Of a stretch of DNA of 30,341 nt, positions 1 to 10,300 are shown one piece after another. Source of the stretch: Rotaria socialis (Eukaryota); NCBI GenBank assembly GCA_905331485.1, contig CAJNYT010005627.1, positions 7,686-38,026 on the forward strand, written 5' to 3'. The position numbers and the translations under genes are program-made. The notes beneath the pieces were generated by a model. The model was not told the origin of the DNA and searched no databases. It saw only the letters and a program-made list of their open reading frames with translations. How positions within the stretch are numbered: position 1 is the stretch's first letter; each line of letters opens with the position of its first letter.

Positions 1-50
1 CGGGCTGGATGTTCAAATCCACCGTGTAACCTCTGTTTTTAATCTTCTTA

Positions 51-226
51 CTAGTCTGGACTAGGTCAACAGACAACACGGACTAGACATGACTGGGCTC
101 AAGGACATTTCAGACTAGTACAGACGTGTTTGTAAGACACTCCTCATTAAGCTGACTAGACAAGACGGGTATGCAAGACATTTCAGACTAGACTAGACGG
201 ATCCTGCGGACATTTCTGACTAGTCA
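51..226. repeat. Cluster of degenerate short GACTAG / CTAGTC repeats
   Basis: At least seven occurrences of GACTAG (some overlapping palindromic ACTAGT) within ~175 bp: ggactagg, ggactagac, cagactagtac, tgactagac, cagactagactagac, tgactagtc. Confidence 0.6.
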
Positions 227-470
227 TGTCGGCAGTCTTCCTTCATTTTTTGCTTACTTGGGTATGCCATACCGTTATGTTTTACGAAACAGGTACGAAA
301 TGGAAAGTGCATCGATGCATGAATGGCTGCATTGTGAGAAAATGATTGGATTAGCATGCTTATTATATTAAATTGTTTGAAGTGCCCTGTGAGAAATTTT
401 CATGATATATATATCAGTTGAAAAAGTGTAATCTTTTGAACGAAGAATAAAAAACCCTCTTGACGATGGA

Positions 471-779
471 GTAGAACAATAAATCCTTCAACGTAGAATA
501 AAATACCCTTTTAAGGAAGTAATAAACCCTTTTATTAAAACCGTAGAATAAAATACCCTTAGTACGAAAGTAATAAACCCTTTTCTCGAAACCGCATATT
601 AAAATACCCTTGGAGATACAATCATATACCCTTCTCCCTAAATTTCAGATTAATAAATCCTTTTTTTTCTTGTATCATTTTTTTTTCATATACCCTTCGT
701 TTCATAAACCCTTTAAGGGTTTATGAATATTTATAGATAGGGCAAGCGTTTATTAGTCTACGCTTTTTTTTACAGTGCA
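471..779 (+). repeat. Degenerate (GTAGAATAAAATACCCTT / AATAAACCCTT) array, copy A
   Basis: Repeated tagaataaaataccctt / gtaataaaccctttt units, internal palindrome AAACCCTTTAAGGGTTT, ending tatagatagggcaagcgtttattagtctacgcttttttttacagtg. The end matches copy B near 11181 in reverse orientation. Confidence 0.8.
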
Positions 780-862
780 CCCACATCCTATTAAGGCAAG
801 TTCTTATTTCCAACTTTTTATAAACGAATTCATTCGATATTCGACATGCAAAGAATGCACGA

Positions 863-2059
863 TCACACTGTGCTCAAATAATTATTAACTGCTTTCGCCC
901 AGATCGCATAGCCTTTTGCATTCATATGTAACGTGTCGGATCCGAATAATTCCCGCCGTGGTTGCCCGTCTGTCGTTAGCATCTGTGGCCAAATATTAAT
1001 GAAAGTAACATCTGGAAAGAGCAGTTTGATATCGCCTTGAATACGAATGTTCGTTTCGTTCAATTTCGATATCTTATCGATCCGATACGGACTCGGTTTC
1101 ACTGAAATGTAACCGATAGGTATATTTGGATAGAAACGACGGATGGCTGGAATGAGCCGACGAAAAGCAGATTGTATATTCGAGGGTGAATTACCAGCAG
1201 CAATATCGTTTTCGCCGGCATAGAGAATAATCACACTTGGCTCCAGTGGATAAACGATCCGTTTCCATTCTCTCAAACACTGTGTTAATGCTGAACCTCC
1301 GAAACCTCGATTCAAGACAGTGTAATAGGGAAAATCCGATGATAAATTTGACCATAGACGAATCGATGAACTGCCATAGAAAACGATGCCTCTTCGTTTT
1401 GCCAAAGGTAGCTGGCGATCTAATGCAAGTATCTGATTTTTTTCAAATGACGTATCCGAGAGAACGAGATTTGTATCTTCATCATCGATGAAGTGGCATG
1501 TCGAAGGATTGCGCGTGTATCGGATAGCAGTGGATGTAGTATCTAATTCGAAAGTGCGTGTACAGGTACCATTCGACTGACGTCCCGATGCGACATCTCC
1601 ATTGGACATTTGACGGTACCAGAAACACGAAGCTTTATTGACATATTCTGGAGGACCTGATCAATATGCAAAAGTTTGATTTCGAGTTTAGACTTGTATT
1701 TCACACTTACCTTGCGTCGTGTTTGTGTAGACTTGATAGATTCCATCGGTCTCATCAGTATTGTCGATCGTCAGAAAATGAGTCACCTAAAAAGATCGAG
1801 CGAGATTATTGAGAGAATGGTTGGCATATTTACCTGAGTGAATGGTTGTCATATTTACCTGAGTGAATGCCAGATTATCGAGAAAATTGTGAGTGATGGT
1901 TCCATTGTTGTAAAAGAATGCTTGTCCAATTTGTGTATAGGTTTGAGAGGATTCAGTATACTGAGCAACGCACCATAACCCACGCATCCACATGGGTGTA
2001 GGTGTAAAAGCCGCTAGAAGTAGATGAAGACGAATACATCCATTGTACATGAATATCAA
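863..2059 (-). CDS. GDSL/SGNH-type esterase/lipase-like secreted protein, multi-exon
   Basis: Block I IVFYGSSSIRLW, block II LNRGFGGS, block III IILYAGENDI, block V DTLHMNAKGY. Splice model: exons 1860..~2059, 1711..1786, 863..1656, joined in frame as ...LDNLAFTQ-VTHFLTIDNTDETDGIYQVYTNTTQ-GPPEYVNKASCFWYRQMSNG...; introns start GTAAAT/GTAAGT and end TTTTTAG/TGATCAG. The 5' end is not resolved. Confidence 0.8.
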
Positions 2060-3355
2060 TCAATGCGACCAACTACTAACAAGTGATGCACAGCTACTGC
2101 CAAGCGATGCAAGTGTTCACCTGACATACCGATGAAAACACTATCCAAATATTTCATAGAACTCTTAACTTTTCAGAAAAAAATTCACAGCTATAGGCTC
2201 AACTTGAGGGTCAATTCGCTATCATTGGGGGCATTGAAGGTGATTGTACCATGTCCTGTTTTTGAGCAACCTTCGCGGCACCGACGCTTACTGCTGCACT
2301 CTTGTGAGAGTTTTCCCATCCTTTGTGATGCCCACACCCTCATGCTATACCTTCCATATCTCCTATATCTGTAACATTTTCAGAAATTCAAAAAAGGCAT
2401 CATATGTAAACACTATATATCAGATGACACAACAAAGCAAAAATTCAAGAATGGGCCGATTCCACTTCTTTTGCGTGCCCCTTGTTTCATGACGAAAACT
2501 CTAGGAGGACGGTTTTTTGCCCTTTTAACACCCTGAGTACAATATCGATTCTGGAGAATGTTTTCTTACTTGTGCTCGGTAGATTTGAGCAGGCGATCAA
2601 CAGGAGCAGCATCACTCTGAACATTCTTGATTTTCTCTGCAATACGATGAACATCAGCAAATCTTAATATGTTGACTACAAATGTATCCACTTACCTTTT
2701 CCGACGAATATAAAAAATACTTTCTTTTCAAACTAAAGAATGCCCAAATTTGCACATGATTTTATACCTCAATTTCTTCTCCTACGTTTGTTTGAAGAAG
2801 GATGATTGCTTAAGAGATAGTTTTACAGTCAATAAAATGAGTAGATACATAGCAGGTGTTCTTTTAGATTAAAAAAATGAGGTATTAACAATCAATTTAT
2901 AGAAAATATCGAGATGTTTTGACTGAATATTGCATTGCGTATTGATTTCAATGTGATTTTTAAATACGAAGTACATTTGAATTAGTTGGGGTCAGATGAA
3001 CGGTGGTGTTGTACGCGAATGAAGAGGTATATCTCTCAATCGAACGATAACTAAACACTGCACTGAGACACCATAGGTCAAAGAAGAGCAGCACCATATT
3101 GTTTCAACTGTAGGATGAACCATTCGAATATTTGCCAAAGATGTTTTGTTGTTTTTTAGACTTCTTATGCAATAGTAAAGCTGGTAGAGAGTATTGAAAA
3201 TCTCAGTGGCAATATTCAAGATTCATGCGAAACAAGATCTGCGGCTTTCATTCTAGTTGTGTTGAATGAAAAAAGCTTTCGTGATTTTAACAGAAATATT
3301 AAAAAGTAATTAAAGCTAAGGGCGCGACATATCTTCCCATCGAACACTAAACTAG

Positions 3356-3380
3356 GGTGAGGGTGTGGGTGTGGGTGTGT
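3356..3380 (+). repeat. Interstitial telomeric-type tract (TGTGGG)n
   Basis: gtgagggtgtgggtgtgggtgtgt. TGTGGG is the repeat reported for bdelloid telomeres. Confidence 0.85.
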
Positions 3381-3390
3381 TTTATAGCAT

Positions 3391-3434
3391 ACTACGACGC
3401 GTTTCGACCTTGCTTAAAGATCTCATCAGGTAGT
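3391..3434 (-). ncRNA. Hammerhead ribozyme motif, minimal stem III
   Basis: Minus strand ACTAC-CTGATGA-GATC-TTTAAGCAA-GGTC-GAAA-CGC-GTC^GTAGT. Stem I ACTAC/GTAGT 5 bp; stem II GATC/GGTC 4 bp with one G-U; core CUGAUGA...GAAA and GUC cleavage triplet present; AAACGCGUC could also give a palindromic ACGCGU dimer stem III. Confidence 0.88.
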
Positions 3435-4235
3435 TTTGTCTTTTGTAACTATTCAGATGATTCGGTATGAAGCGTTATGTGTTTCTTGCCTGTTGAGGAA
3501 GTGTTCAGATGGCTTTGTGTTCGTAACTGTTCCAATGAGCTGAATTCGAATCACAAGCAAGTTAGTGGAATGCGAGTCCTCGTAATTCAATATCGGTTAG
3601 ACGATTCAAAAGAATAATAGAGATAATTTATCCGTGTTTTTTCGATTGTTCGAGTTTTGATGCGTTTCTTCGCAGATAAAGAGTGTCATCGACCGATTTA
3701 GCTGTGGGAATTTTACCATGGGGTTTGAAATGGCATATATGTTATTCTTTTCACATTGTTTGGGTAAGATGTTTCCTGATTAGTGGTGAATTTCGAGGAG
3801 CAGACTTGATTGAGTTTTCTTTATTAACGTCGGCATAATTATTGAGAATATGTGTCGTTAGAAATGATGAATCACGGTATGGCATGTATTTCTCTTGTCG
3901 AGTTCGGAGAAGGTAGCCTGTGCTTGTTTGTTTCTCATTGATAGCTGTGTGGGTTACGGAAGCTCTTATTTTTGCTTTCTATAATGGCATGATGGTATTG
4001 TTTTTTGGAAATGTGAATGATGAGATGATGTGATGATAATAGTGGTAGATGGGCAATCATATTGACATTCGTGACGATGCTGTTAGTGAAGAAGGTAATT
4101 TGGCGATGATTTTATATACCCTAATGGCAGGTGTGTTTGCGTTTCAGAGGTACTGTTACATATAATATCTTCTTTTCAATTCAGTGATGTTTTCTTTATT
4201 TATATATGACAACATAAAGTTCTGAATAAGTTAAG

Positions 4236-6614
4236 TTAGTGGCTGCTTAGCTGTACTTGAGCGTGATGTCTTTGTTTTACCAGTCTCAGGTTGCATTTTG
4301 CCCTGTTGTCGCTTCTCGCATTCGGAATAGATTTGATCATCTTGGTCATCAATTCTTGTTTTAAGTTGTGATTCAGATAAGTTCCAATGATCAGAACAGT
4401 ATTCATGAGCTCTGTTTGATGGAAAGTGTGACTCCACAATTCATGAATATATCGGCGATTGTTCGCAAGTCTTTTTTCATGTCTTAGGTGAATGATGCGA
4501 CGTTTTCTTGTTGGGAAATCGTTGTTGTCTGTAGGCTGTAGATTATGATTTTGTATGTTTTTGCCATGAGTTAGATTGGTAGCTGAGGTTCTGGTTACTT
4601 TATCATATGTTGTAGCTGTTGATGTTGTCAATAACTGATGATGCAAATAATTGAAGTCATCAGGGTTATTGAGCATAGGCAAAATGAAATACTTTGATAA
4701 ATATTTACTGAATCATGTAGTGAGCCGCCGATGGATATGTCTTGACGAGTACCTATAAGTCACATAGAAAGAGTGAAAAACATGAATGAATACAGGGAAC
4801 ATACTCGTTATAGAGAAACATGAGTTTCATTTGTCGTATTTCTTCTTCGAATTCAGATAAGGTTCTTGAATAACGAACTGCTCTCGTAATAGCAGTGTCA
4901 GCAGTGTTTCGGAAAACATGACCAGGGTGATCTGATCCAAATGGTACGACATACGGCTCAGCTGCTTCTTTATGATACACTGAAATTGTTAAAGTGCCCT
5001 TTCTGTTCTCAATGAGTACATCAAGAAATGGAACATTTCTACCAATTTTTCGCACTAGTTTAATGTTAGGATGAAAGTTATTAGCTTCATCTAACATTTG
5101 GTCGATAGATTCTAGTGAGTCGTTCGACGTAAAGAAAATATCATCAACATATCTAAAATGAGACATTATATGCACGAAATATTCTTTTTGTGAACTATGT
5201 TAAATACCGTCCGTAGATTTCATTGGATACTTTTAGTCGGTGTACAAGTTGTTTCTCCCATTTCCACATGAAAATATTAGCTAGTGTTAAAGTAAATGCT
5301 GAGCCCATCGCACCACCAATGGCTTGTCGATAGAATTTCTTCTCATAAACGAAAACGTTTTCTTTAATGACGATAAGAGCTAACTTTCGAATTATATCAA
5401 TTGGAATATTTTGAACTTTTTGATAGCCATGTTGAACGAGAAATTCAATTAGAATATCAAGTGATTCTTCGTGTGGTAACATCGTATATAAATCTGTAAT
5501 ATCAAACGTACACAAATAAGTTTTTGGTATGAGATGCCGATTTGTTGTGTATGCTTCTAAACAATGAATCAAATCAACTCCATCAATAATTGTGGTTGAA
5601 CGCGCATGTTTATCAAATAGTGGTCGTAGTAATTTGCCCAAAAACTTTGAAATTCTTGTTGTTGGCATATTCATTGATGATACAATAGGCCTCAATGGTG
5701 TTCCTGTCTAGTAAAATGCGTGTAAGAGAGATACGTAAGAAAAATTAAAAATGAATTACATTATGAGGCTTAGGAATGAAATATAAATAGGCAAACTGAA
5801 TTTTTTCTCGCTTCGACATCATTTTATCTAGTTGCCATGACAGAATATATTTTTTTGAACGAAGATCATTGAGCAAAAGAATAACTTTATCAAATACACT
5901 CCATAACGGATTCGAATCTAATTCAATATAAGCGCCGGTTTTTTGTCGATAAGCTTCTGCTTTCTTTTCATAATCAACTGAATTGCCAATATGAAAAATT
6001 CCACTTTTATCTGTTTCGCGAAGAATATAGTTTCCTTTCTTTAGTCTATGTTGAATCGATTTCATTAGTTTGAATTCTTTTCGTGTTCGATATATGTTTA
6101 GATAAGATAATGGAATCATATATTGTTGATGTAGACTTGTTTCCAAGTGTTGAGAAAACTCTCTGATAATTGTTGCTTTTAGTGCAATATGATGCTCACA
6201 GATAGGATAACGAGTTATCACATTCATAATGTTCTTATGTTCTTCCTGTACATGTTTTTCTTGATGTTTATAAGAATGAAGAGAACTTTGATTCGATCTG
6301 ATATAATTACGTCCTTGAAATAGAAAACATATCAGAACATGAATAGATAAGAATAAATTAACGGTTGAGGTAATACTATAAAAGAAAGGCATCTACTGAC
6401 CACTTTTGCAAAGATAATCTAATTGAATTCGATTCAATGATATTTTAGGAACGTCGACAATGATTTGTGGATAAACATCGACTATTTGCTGTTTCGATAA
6501 TAAATGACGACGATGCTGACGTGCTAATGTTACAAGGACCCATGCTTCTTTGTAGCGAATTTTACGTACTAATCGATTGGTATAATGACTCAAATAGCAT
6601 TTCAATAAAGTCAT
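4236..6614 (-). CDS. Penelope-like (Athena) reverse transcriptase, five exons, with one in-frame stop
   Basis: join(complement): 6401-6614, 5760-6313, 5208-5707, 4805-5152, 4236-4752; phases agree (214+554+500+348+517 = 2133 nt). Motifs: IQLDYLCKSG-RNYIRSNQ, NYILRETDKSG, YFIPKPH-N-TGTPLRPIVSSMN, TFDITDLYTMLP, AIGGAMGSAFTLTLANIF, YGR-YVDDIFFTSN, VPFLDVLI, LFLYNE-YSSRHIHRR. TGA in frame at 4713-4715. Confidence 0.88.
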
Positions 6615-6645
6615 GAATATATCTACTTGAATATGTTGAGAGTGT

Positions 6646-6757
6646 GGGTGTGGGTGTGGGTAAAGACAAGATCCACACCCACTCACACCCGCGAAGAGAA
6701 GCGCGTCACTCACACAACGCACCCGCACCTACACCCTATCATTCATAATCGTAACTC
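6646..6757. repeat. Telomeric-type tract followed by inverted C-rich tracts
   Basis: gagtgtgggtgtgggtgtggg ... atccacacccactcacacccgcg ... cacacaacgcacccgcacctacaccc. Confidence 0.75.
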
Positions 6758-7197
6758 CACATATGGTCGCTCAATATCATTGATAATGTCTTTTGCATCG
6801 ATCAATGCAAGAATCAGCTGATTAGCGGTAGTTTGGAATCAATTGAGCTTGTTCTTATTATTTGCCCTGTCACTAATAAGGACAACACACTCTGTTAACA
6901 AAATATCTCAGATAATCTGTGAATTTCACGTTTCTCTTTCAGTTTCTGTCGAAAAATAAAATGAGGCATTTTCTGCCAAATTTTTAGTAACTACCACTCT
7001 TCAAAACAATCAACAATCCTAGCCAACACACACATCCGCATAGCAACAGTGGGCAGATTTTCAAAAAAGGAAATTTCCTAACTAAATATGCATATTTCAG
7101 AAACTACAGGGATGAAAAATTCAATTTTTAGAAAATATCAGAAACTTTCGTGATTAATCCAATATTATTCACCATGAGCCAAAACCAAAATAAAGCA

Positions 7198-7240
7198 AGG
7201 GTGTGGGTATATGATTTTCTCTTTCCACACACCCACACTC
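7198..7240. repeat. Small inverted pair of telomeric-type tracts
   Basis: caagggtgtgggtatatgattttctctttccacacacccacactcg. Confidence 0.65.
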
Positions 7241-7325
7241 GTTTCGAATTTAAGTCTTGGCTTTATTCACAAGCAATGCATGCTTTTGTTCATTTAAAAC
7301 GTCTTTAAAAAGTTCCACAAAGGTA

Positions 7326-10300
7326 TTAGCTAAAAGTAATCAGATAGGTTGGATAAGCAACACGATTTTCGTAAACGATGTAAACTTTACTGCCTTTTGT
7401 GTCGCCGGACACGCTGTTATATCGTCGGCCGTCAATGTTTTCATTTTTCTTCGGTGGCCGACGTAAGGTTCTGTCATACTGACAATCATACACATGCCCT
7501 GTCAAGACTTGAGCCAAGAAGACCTGACGCTTCCCGTTCGACAATAGATGCGCATACAAGTCGCACGAGTACGAAGCATTTTGTGCAAAATATGTGCCGA
7601 TGCCCCACATGCCGCTTTCACAAAATGTCATGTCGAATTCATATTCGCCGAGGTAAATTTCACTAGGCGGCGCGTTTTTCGTCCCGTGGAAAAGTTCCAT
7701 TTCGACCTGTAAATCCGGCATTGAACGCAGCTCGTTTCGAAGATTTCGATGACAAAATGCATAATGATTCCACATGCGTGGATTTTGAACGCGTTCCATT
7801 TTGTGAACTTCAATATTGGGCATCGTTTCCTTCATTCGGGTTTCGATACGCATGAAATTTGGATCGTTCCTGTCGATTTCAACTAATCGGCATTCTTCTT
7901 GTTGATCGATCCATTCGCTTGGCAGTCTTAAATCTTCATCATTGCCGATTTGCATTCTTAATATATTCTGAGCGTAGTCAAAGATTTTGAATTTGGCTTC
8001 TGCCACACCTCCCCGCAAACCTTTCAGTATCATCGAAAGTTGTTCAGTGCTTTCAGGTTCAAATTCGATTTGAATTCGCTGTTGATACCCAATTTCTGCG
8101 ATTTTACTCTTGTGCTGATCGAGATTTGTATCCAGCTTGACCGAAACTGTCTCAGAAACTTTGACTTCCTCAATGGCTAAGCGAATTTTGTCTTCGGCTT
8201 CTTGTACAGATTGGTGACAAAGGCCAAACAGGTTCCACTCGCCTCCGCCTATTTCTGATACGCAATAAAAAAGATCCAGCGGATTTTGGCTCATCACCAC
8301 TGGCGCCGTTCTTTCCTGTTGTTGAACTGGATGGCGAATAATGTCGCATTTTTTTCCCGTGTCCTTTCTGAGCTGATAGCCAACGACGAAACTATTTTTC
8401 AGCGCAGCAGGATCTTCGATCACGATTTTCTTCTTATCTCGATTAAAATGAAGCTCATAGCCAATGAGAGTCGCACTCATTAAATTATCACATCTCAGTT
8501 TCACATTTTCAATGAAACATTCTGCATGACAAGTGTCACAGGCGTCCTTCTTTCCAAAAATATTCCAAATAGTACTGTGAGGGACGTTGTTGGGTACATT
8601 CGGTATCTCTGAATTTCGAAATCGTAGAAATGCGTTTTCGATCTGTCGTGTATCATCCTCATTGTACATTCTCTCACCAGACTTATCTTGCCAACACCAT
8701 TTGACCGTGGATGGGGCCGCTTGACAGTTCATCATGTCGTCGTCGTCATTGTTCAAATGCGGAGTTCGGTGATCAACGCGAATCTCGTATTCAAACGCAG
8801 TTGAAACTGCCTTGTCGACATCGATTAGAACGATGTTCCTCAACTTCGATCGCGGATAATTGGCGAAAAATTGTTTCATTGCCCGAACGACAACATTCGC
8901 ACAAACTACCAGTGGAAAACCGTTGATTTTCGAACCGATGGCCGGTAAAGCAACGCTTGAGCAACTTTCACTTTCGGCGACTTCTAAAGCTGACAAGACA
9001 CTGGCAAATAGCAGCGGATGTTTATTTTGATAACCATCGCTGTAATGAGGACTTATTGCGTGAATAACACATTTGAATGGAAGATTTCCGGCCGTTGTTT
9101 TCACCGCTCGGCCAACAGGAATTGGTAAGTCGCCGTTGTTCGAAATCAATTCTTTGCATTCTTGATCCAATGCGGGCCCAGCTGCTTTCGCAATCGCTTT
9201 AGCAACACCGCCAGCGTGCTTCAAAGACCCATTTGCTCCGTTGACGATGGCGTCGACGTGTTCGACCTTGGTAATGTCGCCTATCTCGACGATTATTGTC
9301 TGACCGCGAATATTTTGAAAAATGATTTTTACGAAATTGGTCTTTTCATCATTCGAATCAACGTTGATATAACGAATAACTGTATTTGTTTCTTCTTCCA
9401 TCCTTAATGCTACTTTGTAATTGTTTGCACGCAAGAAATAGGACTCGACCAGTGCAAATCGTAAACGGCGCTCGACAACCTGCTCTTGCACACGTTTAAT
9501 AATGTTGTCGATCTTTTCTTTCAGTTTTATAACGTGATCTAAAGGACCACGAAATATCAATACTTCACCACCTCTCGATTCGAGGAAAACTTCTTGTGCT
9601 CTGGCCTCGTCGATTAGCGATTTTGTGTCTTCGTCGATGAATCGACGAATATTCTTTGGAATTCGAATGAATTCCGAACGGCGTTTCTGTCGCACCGGCT
9701 GTTTGTTTGCCAAAGTGAGCATCGCTGTCTGAATCTCAGCAACGAGCATTTTCGATCGTGCCCAAATGATGATCGAATTCGGATCACGCTTCAACTGGAT
9801 ATTCGCGTCCCATTCGTTTTCGAATTCTTTGAGCGACGGCGATTTTCTCACGATCAATCTTTGAAATATCATGTCAAATTCCCCATCAGATGGCGTCCAA
9901 ACCAAGAATTCTCCGATAAGATTTTCGCATTGTTGGAACACGTTCGAAGTCGCATCTTCGTTGAACCCAACCACTGTTAGTGTATTTTCGGGCTGTGTTT
10001 CGAGTCGAACAGTCCTAGAGTAGTTTTTGAGCCAACCGACTGCTGAACAATCTTTCGAGTCGAGGAGATTTCTGAGATGCGCTCGAACCTTTCGCTCAAT
10101 CTTTGTTGCAATGTACCAACTCGGACAACAAGGATACTGTCTCTCTTGTTCACACAAGTTTTCGAGAAATGTAACGACGGCATTTCGCGCATCATTGACG
10201 CGGCTAATCGAACCAGTAAGTTTCAAATAAGAGTTTTTATCGTCTTGTTCGTCAGATTTGAAACGATCCAGTGAAAACGGCTGGATCCTGATGCCAAGCG

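Larger units (their letters stand above)
3356..6668 (-). mobile_element. Athena/Terminon-type (endonuclease-deficient Penelope-like) retroelement
   Basis: Spliced PLE-type RT, hammerhead motif at the 3' end next to C-rich repeats, TGTGGG-type repeats on the + strand at both boundaries (3356-3380 and 6646-6668). No GIY-YIG domain recognised. Confidence 0.85.

Noticed and set aside
1752-1775. Second CTGATGAG on the minus strand (candidate hammerhead core)
   Set aside because: Followed by ACCGATGG rather than a stem II and GAAA, and it lies inside the in-frame GDSL exon (NTDETDG).
4231-4437. ORF 4231..4437 and similar overlapping short ORFs in the RT region
   Set aside because: Overlaps the C-terminal coding frame of the RT in another frame; no domain signal.
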